Positions 1 to 12,189 of a stretch of DNA of 64,000 nt are shown piece by piece. The DNA is from Cyanidioschyzon merolae (lineage: Eukaryota), in NCBI GenBank assembly GCA_000091205.1, contig AP006486.2; one strand, given 5' to 3'. The notes beneath the pieces were generated by a model, which worked only from the letters and a program-made list of their open reading frames with translations, made no database searches and was not told the DNA's origin. The position numbers were made by a program, and so were the translations under genes. Within the stretch, counting starts at the first letter, position 1; the number at the start of each line of letters is the position of its first letter.

Positions 1-28
1 CCCCCATTCCCCCCATTCCCCCAATTTC
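1..28. repeat. Telomere-like C-strand repeats: three degenerate CCCCCCATT units (cccccatt cccccccatt cccccaatt) at the very start of the window
   Basis: Direct reading: 5'-cccccattccccccattcccccaatt-3'. The complement is AATGGGGGG-like, the telomere unit I recall for Cyanidioschyzon merolae. An AT-richer region with no genes follows to 3379. Confidence 0.45.
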
Positions 29-3000
29 CACGAGTCCTCGTTGCGCGGTCTTCTCGGGGATTCGTTTAACGGCGCTTAGCCTCGTTTGCGTTGCTGGCCC
101 ATGGCTTTCTCTTTTGGGATTGATTTCGCTAGGCATTGTCCAGTCATTGCTATCCACTTGCTTATTAGCTGGGTTCGATATGCGGCAGTGGGGACTTCGT
201 CTCACCGCAAACGTTTTTTTTGAATGTGTCTTCGACGTTCGTAGCGATCCTGGAAACGAATCTCTTGCTTACTTGCGCCTATTCCGCTTTCTATCCAGCT
301 GGCATATTTTTTGTGCATCTCCGACAGGTTATAGTCTCTTCACGTTCACCATGCTCCATTCTGTCAGCTTTCGTCCTTGTATGTCATTGCCATTTTATTC
401 CTGGGGCTCTCTTCGATGACGTTTGTACTTCAGCCTTTCTTCTTCTGCCGCCCAGGGGGTACAAGCTTCTGCTGATTTTCGCCGAAGACCTACGTTTCCG
501 TAGCCATGTTGTACTGCCCGGCCCTAATTTTACATCGGCAAGGGTGCTGTGAAACCGTTGGTATCGATCTTTTTTTGTATTTCCATATCCTGGTGTGAGC
601 CTTGTCTTTATGTCGTGGCTGCAATGCCCGAAACTGCTTTCTTCGTCTACGCCTTTGTTTATCTGTGGGTTTGCACTCCAGCGCTCGTTGGCGTCTCGGC
701 TGGACTGCCCAGACGCCTCCGAGCACCAACATATCTCACGGTTTGGCTGAGTCTTCCTTCCTCTGAACTAGCTTTTTCCGGTCCTGGCGAGTTCTTAGTA
801 CGGTGCTTCGATTAACTTCCGTCGTTGCACCTTTTTTCGCCCAACTTTTGGTGTTCGCAGCAGTAGATATACATGCATTTTTCTGTTTTGGACCATTTCA
901 AGCAGATATCACGTTGTGCGGCTTTTATGCGATGTAGAACGCCCTTTAATATTCATCATGGATTCCTTCGCCTTGCGCTACCCTTTAATTGTTTTGGTGA
1001 GCAACAGTATACATTTGTGGTTGTCTACGGAACGATACTGCAGTCGCGTGTAGTACTGTATTCTCCATAGACTGCAATTCGATCTTTTACCTCTGTCGCA
1101 CTGGTGCAGGGGTTGTTTCGACTCCTATCGACTCACCTGTGATCCGTATTGCTTGTGTTCCGCTTGCCACAAAATCCCCATTGTTGGGCCTTTAGAATCT
1201 GCGAGCAGAAGAACATGTACCACCAGATACCTTTTGCTTGTCGGGCATCAGATGCCCGCCTCTGGAATAGATATTGACTGCGTCGTGGGCTCCTACTGTG
1301 TTTGAGACTGTATGTACTCTGTAACATGCTCTGTCACCCTTTTTCATGGGCAAGATAACTCACACTATTATACCGCTTAGGAAAATGTGTGGCAGCAAAT
1401 ATGAGCGCCAAGATTCACGAATATACATTCAGTCCAGGCATATACTTTCAAGCGCAAGTCATTCAATTCTGGTTTACCATCGATGGATCCGCCTTCCCGA
1501 CCGCTTATTCGTGTGAAACTGGAATCCTTGGCTTCCGATGCGATATTCTCTTCCAGGGTTATCTCCATCTAAGTTCTCGAACTGGATATTCATCAGGACC
1601 TCATTTTCATCGCAGTACTGCAAGCTGCTATCCAAGGTTTTGCTTTTGTGCTTGGTGCCAGGCAGCTTTCGGTGCACAAGATGCCTGATCAGGCATTTTT
1701 CTCGTGGCGTACCCCTATCGGTCCAAAAACACTATTCCAACCATCATGAAGCAGACAGACAAGCTCTTTTGACCACTTTCAATATGCCAAGTCTATTGAC
1801 TATGACAAGCTACTGCATTAGCGATCCATTCACCTCATCTGCAAGCACCTACTTCATGGCCGCAACGAATGAAGCGTAAATTTGCTGTTCCGCCCGTCCA
1901 CTGCTGGTACTATCATTTGGCAGTCATCATGAAGCCCGTGGTATCCTTTCTGTATAGCTTTGCATCTAACTTCCGTCGCACCGGTGCTCGCAAGCGCGCC
2001 AGAGTCCAACGCACGCCCTCCTTTGCGATGCATACTACCCGAGGAAATCAACTCTGGCACCGTCTACAACGAAGAGCCCCGATCGCGCTGGCTATTCTTG
2101 CCTTCCGTCTACACTCAAGGCGATCCTGGTTGGCACTGCAGGGTCTCGCTAGTTTAGGCTAGCATCCAGGCGGGCGTCGCTTATTAAGATGATGTCCGCG
2201 ACAAGTACCTCAATCGTTTACACTATTAGTCGGTGGCCGCCGTGCTAAAATATTGCTGCGGTAGCCTTCATACAACAAAAGAAGCCGCAACTATATCAAT
2301 CGTGAAGCTTGAGACCTTTTTTAAAGGATACATCATATTCTGCATCTTGGTTGCTCCCTTAGCCGGAGGACAAGCCTCCATTCATCAGCAGTAGATTCAA
2401 TCATAGGGGATCTCGCAACGAACTTGCACATAATCGATAGGTACGGTTACAGAATGAGAGCTCCTAGGTTGCCTTCAATTCTGCTCGCCGTGCTGCGGTA
2501 ACTCTCACTTTGGCTAGATTCGCCCCCTGGATCCCGCTGTGTGCTCTATCTTGCCTCTACGCTTTAGCACGCTTGCGGCATGTCCATGGTCTTACAGCGT
2601 ACTTGCGCCCTCTGCTTGGAGTCATTTTCTCGACAACAAGCCCAAATCGGGGACTGGATCCCAACAGTGCGCTACAGTCGATTTTGTACACATTTTGTCC
2701 AACAGACAGCAGGCAAGAGTCTGAGAACTTCTGAGGCGACCCTTCCGCATTTGGAGCAGGCAACATGCGCTTTCGATGCTAGAGCTGTACGTGCGCTGTG
2801 ATGCTGGTAGCTCTGCGACTTTCTTACTCAGCGGTGCTGCAGCAGATGGAATGGATTCATTGATATATACGCTTACCCTAGGAATACCGTATTCTGGTGA
2901 AATGTTCAGTTGCACGGATCGAATTGCACTTGCTCTGGAACTACTATTCGTGGACAGAATCCATGCTAGTACATCAATCCTACAATGCTTACATCCGTTT

Positions 3001-3379
3001 GCGTCGTCGCAGCAAAACTCACTAGTCGCTACCTGTGCACCGGGTTTCCGGGGCAACGACAGCAAATATTTCCAAATCAACGACCTCGCCGTAAAAGCGA
3101 TATTCATAGGCACGCTCGTGCTCATAGGAAATCATTCCTTTACGTTCCGAGAGAGATTCCCAGTACAGTCGTTCCATGTGTATCGCCTCTGAATCACGCC
3201 CCCTCGGCAGGATTTCAGAGCGCTCTCCGCGCACCACTGTATCCGCATTCATTCATTCGTTCTTTCGTTCATTCATCCGTATTCACCGATCTTGTGTACA
3301 TGTCTGCAACATTGTCATTACAGAGGATCAGCATAGACATGATATAGACCTTAAACGACGTAATCGTCAACGCGCATAC

Positions 3380-6300
3380 TCAAGCAGACACTGAAGCTGA
3401 ACCCGAAACCGATGTTGACGCACTCGCAGACACCGCCGCAGAAGCTGTCGCAGACACCGTCGCAGAGGGTGTCGCTGTCGCAGCCACGGGACTCGGAGTC
3501 GGTGTTGAACTAATCACGACACACTGGTTGTTGATGCACTCCTCGTCAGCGCGGCAGCAACGCATCTTGTTCACAAGGTTATCCGAAGGGATCAGGTACG
3601 TCCCGCATTGCTTCGTAGGGTCCTTGCACACACAAAATGACGGCAGCAGCACCTGTTGTTGTTGCTGCTGTTGTTGCAATTGTTGCTGCTGTTGCAGGTT
3701 ATTGTTGTTGCTGAACGGGATGTACGTGCAGTTCTGCGTCTCGGCGTTGCAGCACTCGGGGCCGCATACAGTATAGCTCGAGTTCGATACGTTGCCCGTC
3801 GTGCCGCTCAGCGAGTTCGACACATACCCGTAGGTCTGGCACACGTACTCGGTTACCGGCTGGAAGCACTCGTTGCCGAGCCCCAGGCAGCAACCAGCCT
3901 CCAGACACTGCTGCGGCGCGTAGCTCGTGCGCTGCGTCCCGTGCTGCTCTCCGTACAGGAGCGTGTTCAGCAGACGCACAAACTGGTTGTTGTTGATGTT
4001 ATTGTTCAGCTGCTGGTTCTGATTCACCGCGTTCGTGCACGGCTGGCGCTCAAACTCGCCCACCGCGCACGTCTTCTCGGGCTGGAAGCAGTACGGGTTC
4101 GACTCAAAGTCGCTCTGCTGCTTGCCGTTCTGCACCCACTGGTTCTGCGCCTGCGAGTCGTAGCAGCAGCCCTGGGCATAGCACGTAAACTGGTTGATAC
4201 CCGCGTTGCCGCACGGCTGGCGCTGCGCTCCCGGTGATGGGCAGACGGGTACTGGTGCCTGCACCTCCTGCAGCGCTACAGAGGCCTGCGGTGCATGGTT
4301 GATGTCGTAGTAGCACCAGGGTGCCAGGATGCCGTTTGCCGTTGGCTGCCAGCAGCATCCCGGTATCGCAGTGCACTCGTCTGGATAGATATAGCTCCAG
4401 CCGCAGGGGACGCGCTGCGTCACTGGAACAGCGCTGCACGCCGCTGAGACGCTCTTCAGGGTGCACGCGTTCGTCTGGGAGTTAAAGCAGCACCCGACTT
4501 GCTCGCAAGCGTCCTGGTTTGTGTACTGGCCCGGAGAACCGCAGATTTCACTCGTGCAAACTGGTGTTGGCGTTGCACTCGGTGTCGGGGTTATAAAAGC
4601 AAGTGTCGCACCAGAGGGTAGAATTGTAGAAACCTGGTCGGTGAAAGTTTGAAGCACACTTTGCAGTTCACTGGCGAGGGATGTGTCTCCTGAGATCGTA
4701 ATCACATAGGTCACAACACTGCCGCCCGCAGTGCGCACCAATGCTCGTTCCAGACGAAGATTGCTCTTGTCTAATGTGGTGGCGAGGCGCCTTGATGTGC
4801 CCGAACCGAAGACCGTGTCGCAGTTATCAGTCACGCTGACATTCACTACCTGGCCCGTGAAGCGAGCCTCGAGATCGTTCTGCAAATCCGTCGCCACGGC
4901 CAAACACAGAGAAAGATTCTGAACGGATATCGCAATCGAGGTGGAAATCGTCGTCGGCACGATTGTTGGTGACGTTGTTGCAGTTGGAGTCATCGTCGGC
5001 GTCATCGTCACTGTCGTTGGAGACGCTGTTACAGTAATCGTTGGCGATGATGTAATTGTCGGAGTTAACGTCGCAGTCAGTGTCGGTGTCGGTGTAGGTG
5101 TCAATGTCGGTGTCGGTGTCGGTGTCGCAGTCGGTGTCGGTGTCGGTGTCGGTGTCGCAGTCGGTGTCGGTGTCGCAGTAGCAGTTGGCGTAATCGTTGG
5201 TGTCAGAGTTGGCGTTGATGTTGGCGTAGGCGTAGAGGTAGGCGTAAAGAACGTTTCACTCAGTGCGAAAACATCATTGAGATAGCCAGGTCCGCTAGTG
5301 ATTGAGTATCCAGATCCGCCAAATAGGATCGGATCGGTCCCACTTGTATTCCAGAAAGCTGGTCCAAAGCGACCACCAGGTACAACACTCGGGTCGGATT
5401 CGTTGAAAACTCCATATACTGAAAGAGCATCCACACTTTGGCTTCCATTGATCCACGCCCACTGACCAAGTGTGATATCAAATACCCACAAATCGTTCAA
5501 ATCACCGGGGCTCTCACGAGTATTCCCATATCCTTCACCACCAAAAAGTAGCAGATTACCCAAAGAATCCACAAAACTTACGCCTGAGTCTCTTGCACCT
5601 GGGTAACTGGTTGGGGAGAAAGCACCGATAGTTCCATAAGATCCTGGATTATTAATAGTGGTATTTCCTGCAATCAAAAGCCATACGGATTGACTTATGT
5701 TGTAGACCCAGAGATCATTCAAGTCCCCTTGCCCTAGTGCTGTGCTGTTTCCGTAGCCATAGCCGCCGAACAACCAGAGATTTCCTTCAAAATCTGTCCA
5801 CGTATGCGAGAAGCCGCGCGCACCTGGAGCATTTGAGTTGCTCGCCACGCCAGGTGCACTATAGTTACCAGGATGGTTAACAAGTTGTGATCCGCCTCTG
5901 TATGCCCATTCGAATGTAACAGGGTTGAATGACCAAAGATCTGACAGCAAATTCCCCGCAATATCCTCACCACCAAACAACCAAAAAAGACCATCCGCAC
6001 CCAGCCAGAATGCCACGCTATCTCGGCCTCCGGGGTTGTAAATTTGACTGTAGATATCCTTCGGTCCATAGACTGGATTGGCGTTAAAAGTATCATTCCC
6101 ACTGAACCACGTCCAGATTCCCGTTTCAGTATCGTACCGCCACATGTCGTTCAGGTCTCCCGCATTACCGTTCACATCAAAGCCGTAGCCACCAAACAAC
6201 CAAAAATGGTGCTCGTCCGTCTGCCAATATGCGCTAGACTGACGGCCGCCGGGTATATTATTTGGGCTGCCTGTGCCGACTGTGCCGTACACTCCTGGTT

Positions 6301-6664
6301 GGTCAAGTTCTGAGGAACCTCCTATCCATGTCCACTCGAGCGAGGTCAGGTTGAATTTCCACAGATCATTAAGGAGGCCCTTTGCTGTGTTTCCGAACCC
6401 GAACCCGCCAAACAAGTACACTACGCTCGAACTTCCGACCCAGGCTGCAGAATAGTAACGGCCTCCTGGAACACTCTCTGGAGACGTCTGGTTCAACGTT
6501 CCATACCTGCCAAAGTTACCAGTACCCGTCTCTCCTCCTATCCAGGTCCAGCTAACCGTACTCACAGGCGACAACGCAGCCACAAGCGACACGGAAAACG
6601 TCGCCGCCAACAATAGACAAACAGCTACTCCCAGGGCACGCGCCAGAGAAAGAGCTCGAAACAT
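3380..6664 (-). CDS. Secreted mosaic protein: N-terminal signal peptide, multi-blade Kelch/galactose-oxidase-type beta-propeller, Thr/Pro-rich mucin-like linker, 3-4 trefoil (P-type)-like Cys-rich modules, poly-Gln and a Ser/Ala/Thr-rich tail
   Basis: 1094-aa uninterrupted ORF. Hydrophobic N-terminus [21 protein letters not shown]. Repeated Kelch-like blades (GGR..S/H, W.FGG.G, LNDLW motifs). A ([12 protein letters not shown])n linker is encoded by a (GTCGGT)n hexamer array. Cys modules such as [34 protein letters not shown] and [20 protein letters not shown] match the trefoil pattern CG..(I/V)...(E/Q)C....GCC(F/W/Y)...PWC. Confidence 0.7.
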   Translation of the reverse strand: MFRALSLARALGVAVCLLLAATFSVSLVAALSPVSTVSWTWIGGETGTGNFGRYGTLNQTSPESVPGGRYYSAAWVGSSSVVYLFGGFGFGNTAKGLLNDLWKFNLTSLEWTWIGGSSELDQPGVYGTVGTGSPNNIPGGRQSSAYWQTDEHHFWLFGGYGFDVNGNAGDLNDMWRYDTETGIWTWFSGNDTFNANPVYGPKDIYSQIYNPGGRDSVAFWLGADGLFWLFGGEDIAGNLLSDLWSFNPVTFEWAYRGGSQLVNHPGNYSAPGVASNSNAPGARGFSHTWTDFEGNLWLFGGYGYGNSTALGQGDLNDLWVYNISQSVWLLIAGNTTINNPGSYGTIGAFSPTSYPGARDSGVSFVDSLGNLLLFGGEGYGNTRESPGDLNDLWVFDITLGQWAWINGSQSVDALSVYGVFNESDPSVVPGGRFGPAFWNTSGTDPILFGGSGYSITSGPGYLNDVFALSETFFTPTSTPTPTSTPTLTPTITPTATATPTPTATPTPTPTPTATPTPTPTLTPTPTPTLTATLTPTITSSPTITVTASPTTVTMTPTMTPTATTSPTIVPTTISTSIAISVQNLSLCLAVATDLQNDLEARFTGQVVNVSVTDNCDTVFGSGTSRRLATTLDKSNLRLERALVRTAGGSVVTYVITISGDTSLASELQSVLQTFTDQVSTILPSGATLAFITPTPSATPTPVCTSEICGSPGQYTNQDACEQVGCCFNSQTNACTLKSVSAACSAVPVTQRVPCGWSYIYPDECTAIPGCCWQPTANGILAPWCYYDINHAPQASVALQEVQAPVPVCPSPGAQRQPCGNAGINQFTCYAQGCCYDSQAQNQWVQNGKQQSDFESNPYCFQPEKTCAVGEFERQPCTNAVNQNQQLNNNINNNQFVRLLNTLLYGEQHGTQRTSYAPQQCLEAGCCLGLGNECFQPVTEYVCQTYGYVSNSLSGTTGNVSNSSYTVCGPECCNAETQNCTYIPFSNNNNLQQQQQLQQQQQQQQVLLPSFCVCKDPTKQCGTYLIPSDNLVNKMRCCRADEECINNQCVVISSTPTPSPVAATATPSATVSATASAAVSASASTSVSGSASVSA
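5075..5180. repeat. Hexanucleotide (GTCGGT)n array inside the Kelch/trefoil CDS, encoding the Thr-Pro linker
   Basis: Direct reading of ggtgtcggtgtcggtgtcgcagtcggtgtcggtgtcggtgtcggtgtcgcag... Confidence 0.7.
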
Positions 6665-9590
6665 CTCGTTCGACGCTCTCTCAGTCCAATAAATACGGAT
6701 ATTTGTTCTTTCTCGAGTGAATATATCTTCACTATTGTTTTTTCGATATGGTCAACACGAACGTAACCGCCGTGTGTTGTGAAAGCCAAAACAACAACGC
6801 ACAACGTGATAGCGCCAAAAGCGCGGAACGCGCGCGCACTGCAGAGGAATTTGAATTGGGGTCATCATGATGCGATGAAGAATTCACGTTGATGTCGAGA
6901 CTGGAGCGTAACGGACGTAGGGAATTCGGGGTTCATAGTCCGAAATATCCAAGTTGAGAGAGGTACTGAAAGCTATATATAGGCTAGTGGGATTTCATTG
7001 GAATGAGTAACTCCCGAGTACTGCTCCTTCCAGGTGCCAGTCAGCAGGGCTCAGCAGGTCACGGCTCTAGGTAAGAAGGATAGCGAATAACGAACTATCG
7101 GTTGCTGAGGTTCGTCCACCACCCGAAACGCAGAAGTATTCCTAATGCGATTCATCTATCTTAAGTTTTCGCAAGACGATTGTGGTGGAAGTATTCCGTG
7201 TTAGACTTATTGTGTTGCAGTCCTGTTCTCGTGGTGACAGCCAAGCTGAGTAGTTGGGAGGTTTATGTAGGTCTGTACCACTGGTATTTGTCTTAGATAA
7301 GAAACATCGAATAATGAGCTCCTGCGTGTCTATTGCGAGGAAAACTAAGAAATATTTCTCGCGTGGGAAGTGGTCTCTCTTTAGGGACAGGCTGTCGCCG
7401 TTCGAAGTGGAACGCATATACGCGTACCCATGCTTCGACCTTCAACCTACGAAGCGAGAATTCGTAGGTGTTTTCTTCATCTATCCTCGTACGGCCTAAG
7501 CTTGGAGACGTGTGTGTCAACCGCTTCTGGCAAGCCGGACACCAACAAGCATTTTCAAGGCTCGCGCAGACCGGTGGTCCGCGGAGGATGCTAGCCCAAT
7601 CGGAGACTTCATAACGTTTCATCAAGTTTTCCAACAAACGCTCCGTGGCGTCTGTTTTTACATCTGCTACCTGCAATCATTTTTCTGGTGCTACAAATAA
7701 CTCTATCTATTTGAGTGTCAGCCTCACGGTATCGCGCCTACCCCGTGGTTTCTCGGTACAGAACAATACCTAGTCTCGCATCTCGGAGTGGGAACTTATA
7801 TGGACTTCGGAAAGGCATTGGTCTGAATTGGTCTTTTGACAGCAGCCAAGAAAACGCCCGAAAGTCTGCGGATTCGTTAATCGAGATCGGATCATTCGTA
7901 AATGCTTGGTCGGAGTCGCATAATATGTAACAGCTTTTCCATGACGGTGCCTAGTATCATCAAAAATCATATTCCCGGTGGCGTCGTTCCGTGACTATTT
8001 TGGTGAGTAGCGGGCAATTTAGAGGTACCATATATACCTTTGGCGACCCGATAGTTTCCCCAGCAAGATCGAGGAAAGTCTCCTCATAGTTATCGAACCA
8101 ACAGCTAGACAGAGCGACCAAGTCGACAGACCAATTCTATCTCGAATTTCCGCCTCGCTCAGGAATTTATGCCAGCACTTGTCTCGCAGTGTGCTTTTCA
8201 TAAAGCACGTTCCCCGGAACGCATCCTATTTTCTTGAACTCTCTACCCAGATACCTCGCCCTGGATTCCCTGTTCTCTTTTATCGACGTACTCGCGCGAG
8301 ATACGCTCACCGGCTCTGTCAGTGAGCGAAGCCATGATCCATTCCTTGGGCCTCTCACACTGATCTGTGTCCGATAGGCTCGCTGCTACCGCTTCATCAG
8401 AGGTTATTTGGAGCTTCTCGCATGTGAAGGCGCACTCGGGAGTCAAGAGCTTCTTCATGCTACGATTCAGCCTCTGGAATATTATACGCAATCTAACCAG
8501 CAGACTGCTTGAGTGGTTCAGCTGCTTGCCCTGCTGTATTCTGTGTGGAACGAAAACAGAATCTCAGTCCGTTCTTGCACCATGATCTTCGCAAGTTGTC
8601 CCCGGCAGTAGATGATGAATGCCTGAAACATCCTTCTATTTAACAATTTACCTTCTCGGGAGAATCTGCCTCGATCCGTTTTAATCTGTAGAGATGGTGC
8701 ACCCTGCTTCCTCGTCATAATGGCGGTGTTCAAGCACGACCCACGTTGCTCTTCTTCAGCACTGCTTCCACTGTACACACGGGGAAGGCGCCGACGGACT
8801 TCATGCCACCTTCGTAGTCCAGCGCCTTCTCTCTCGACGCTCGGTTGCTGTCGTTCGGCTTTTGCAATCTACTGATATATCCTGAAACAGCATCCGGATG
8901 CTAAGACGCACTGGTGCAAAACAATGGACTACTCCGGAACTCGTAGTACCTGTCAATACTCGGAAGTTGCCGCTCATTTTTTCCATTGTACCCATGCAGC
9001 CATTTCTTTCCCCCGGAGACTCTGGTGCGATACATCCGTCTTACGCCCGGGAAGGATCACCGAATGCATGTCATATTATGCACCAGATCCCAAAATGAGC
9101 TCCAACAATAGATATCCCCAATTCTGAACACTTTATTCTGTATTCCAGGACAAATGCGCTCTCTGCAGTTGCAGCAAATGCGCTCTACTCCGATGACGAC
9201 CGCTTCCAGCATTCTCTGGTGCATTCAGTGCGTAGCAGTTCATAGCTATCACTAGATTAATCACTATTGCATTACGCATTATGACTTACGAAGCATTGTT
9301 CGCTCTTCAAAGCAGGAGGAGCGCCATCTCGCTCGCTCAATATCCGATCGGAACTGCCGCAGGCCACCTCCTTGGTACACCGTTGCTCCCACATCTGTCC
9401 TTGAAGCAGCGGTCTGCGCTCCGAAGGCGCATCTCATTTTCATCACTAATAAACCTTACACAGGGGCCAAGACAGTCGACTTGAGGCCTCGCCTCCGTAA
9501 CGCCTGGTCGATCAGATTAAGACTCAGTTCGTAAAGCTGATCTGCCTTGTCGATTGTGTACGTTGGTTCAATAACCTGCGGTTTCGTCTT

Positions 9591-10515
9591 CTATCCCCCA
9601 TCCGTATATTTGCCACGCCACTGATAATACGAGTCCGAGTCCGGGAACTGTCCCTGGGGCGCCACTTCGGCTACGCGGCGGCCGGCCTCATCATTCGGAA
9701 CGTATTGCCGAGTGATATACTTCTGAAGAATCGGGATGAATACGTAGCGGAACCAGCCAAGCTTTTCGCGGTAGAGGTTGCTATCGGCGACAGATCCCGG
9801 GAAAATCGCCACAGAGGTCACCCCGTCGCGGCCGTATCGATCACTGAGCGCCTTCATTGTCAACACGTTCTCGGCTTTGGCGTCTTTGTAGGCTTTTGTG
9901 GGCTCAAACGGACCACTGCCTACCATGCCAGTCGTCTGCGGATCAAGCCCCGCGCCTAGACCAGACAAATCGCCGAGGCGAGCCCGCGGGGGATCGTTCC
10001 CGGCAGCGAATTCGGCGAGTGGGTCTGAGTCGTCGGAACACAATGTGCCCGCGCGATACTTTCAGCTTCGGCAACAGCTCCCGACATAGAAGCAAATGGC
10101 TCAGATGGCATACCTGCATGGTTTCCTCGATGCCGTCCACCGTGAAACGCGGTTTCTTGTCCCGCGGATGCCAGATTGCGGCATTGCAGATCAGGGCATC
10201 CAGGTGATCGACGCGCGCCACACTTGACAGCTCTCTCACAAACTTTAGTACAGAGGCGAAATCAGCCTGACCACAACGGAGCACGGTATAGGCGTCCTTT
10301 AGAAGGTTCACGCTGTTTGCTGCGCGCTCCGCCCGGTCGACGTCACGACATGCCATGACGATGTGCCAGATGCACTTGTTGATCAGAGCGTGAGCTGCAT
10401 ACAGACCGACTCCAGAGCACGCGCCCGTGATCACGGCGATCTGCGACTGTTTCGGGCCATTACGAAGATGCAGCGCGTGGTGCCGGCGCGCTACAGGCGA
10501 ACGCTGCATTACCAA
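9591..10515 (-). pseudogene. POR: Light-dependent protochlorophyllide oxidoreductase (LPOR, SDR family). The body is split over two overlapping ORFs in different frames (9943..10515 and 9591..10043), i.e. a frameshift. The upstream presequence frame also contains an in-frame TAA.
   Basis: The N-part IAVITGACSGVGLYAA...WHIVMACRD...LICNAAIW matches plant POR (VITGASSGLGL...WHVIMACRD...LVCNAAVY). The C-part PRARLGDLSGLGAGL...AYKDAKAENVLTM...GVTSVAIFPGSVADSNLYREK...FIPILQKYITRQYVPNDEAGRRVAEV matches PKANLGDLRGLAGGL...AYKDSKVCNMLTM...[25 protein letters not shown]. The switch between frames falls within about 2 codons, which leaves no room for an intron. Confidence 0.6.
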
Positions 10516-12189
10516 AGGAAGAGGACGCTGGCGGTGGTGACGATGTCCAGCTGCGAAGCAACCGTCACGAGCGGTACCCAGTGCGAACGGTGCTCTGCGT
10601 ACAGCAGGTGAGCGAACTACTCTTTAGCCCTGGTACAGCGGATCAGAGACAAACATGCCTTGTACTTTCTTGGGTTAGGTCGTCTCCGTGCGAAAGCTGC
10701 CGATCACGTCATGGGCTAGAATCGATCGCGTAAGTGTGCGTATCCAGTCAAAAACCTGTTTTGCGTAGCTGCACGAGTGATCTTCCGTCGAGTGGTGCAG
10801 ATGCCAACCTCAATCTCCGTAGACTGTCTAACTTGGAGCACAACCCGCACAAGCGCTCAACGTCAATCTCAGAAACTAGGTTAAACTCGCAGTTTTCCGA
10901 GCAACAATCTCGTCAGTACTAGTCGCAATGCGTTCCGCAACGTTGAGTTCAAAGATCACAATGATCGTTGAGGAACGTCGCTGCAGCTCACCGATGAATA
11001 ACGTAGCGGAGGTACAAGAGACTAACATCCGGTGGTAGTTTTTTTGGAAGCGCCTGCACGTCAGTTGGACACGTTACGTCTAGGGCGGGTCACTCGCCAC
11101 TACTGTACACGGCCGACGACGATGTTTTTCTTTTCAAGGGCATGTGTAGTTGGTTGTGTCGCTTCCGGGCTCGCTGTACTGGTTAGGCTCTTGAATCTAA
11201 TCTTATAGAGTAGATCAGAATACAGTATGTGCTTTTGTCGGATGCCTCGATCGTTCAAGGCGAGATGCAATGCTCAAACGTCGTGGCAGATATAGATGCA
11301 ATATGTTAGCTACGCCTCTGCCAAGATCACCGGATCAATTGACGTAGCGGGGACCATAAGTTAGACAACGAAGCAGCATGGCAATGACCTGAGCTCTCAT
11401 CAGTACCAGCCCCTGACGCAGGAAAGAAGCACAATTCAGGCCAGTTCTTTATTCCGGTGTCCGTGCAGGATGCATAGCAAGCCTAGGGAATAAACTTATA
11501 TCCGTGTTCGAGAACACTACCGTACCTATTACGGTTACGACCAATACAACTGAAGAAACTCTTATTGAGTAGAGTGTTGCATATCTTATCCACACAAGTG
11601 CAAGCCGCAGAGGAAGATACGCGTGTGATAGAAGCATCGCGGGGTATCGTTCCAGGCCCCTGCATCCCCTTGTCTGGCAGGGCAGTGCTGCGATGGGCAG
11701 CAGCGTCGGCACCAGCGACATAACCTATAGCAAGAGTGCATTCTACGGGAGTTTCCAGTCTACGATACCTTATGTTTTGCGGCAGTGCGATGCGAACACG
11801 CATGTGCCAAGGCGGGGTGTCGGACACGTGTCCTTCATCGATCGGAGTAGCGTTTCGCGCAGTGCACGCATCGCGCTCGGTGAGTGCACCTCGGGGATCA
11901 GACAGACATGAGACACGACGCGCGTGCCGCTGTTCAAGGGAAACGTGATCTCGATCAGAAGCGTGTTGTTCAGCTGTAAAAAGTTGGATTTCCGTTGAGG
12001 ACATAGCAAAGTAGAGTTTTCCTTTCGTTTTTGTTCCGAAATTAAACCAGACTAGTCAAGTGTTTTTTCGCTGTATATAACAGAAGCGTTCAAAGAGCGT
12101 TCTTTTCAAAAAAAGGAAAGCTATCACAGAGCAAGTCCACGATCCTGGAGGCCCAGGTTCGCAGGCTGCCAGAAAAAGAACATAAAACG

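Noticed and set aside
3656-4237. 193-aa plus-strand ORF ([11 protein letters not shown]..., Arg/Ala/Leu-rich) antisense to the Kelch/trefoil gene; likewise 47742-48596(-), an alternate frame inside the kinase gene
   Set aside because: Frame artefacts of the poly-CAG and GC-rich coding sequence of the strongly supported genes.
9943-10043. Intron explanation for the split LPOR reading frame
   Set aside because: Homologous residues on both sides of the frame switch are contiguous relative to plant POR, with at most ~2 codons missing, and the two ORFs overlap by 100 nt. A spliceosomal intron cannot fit.
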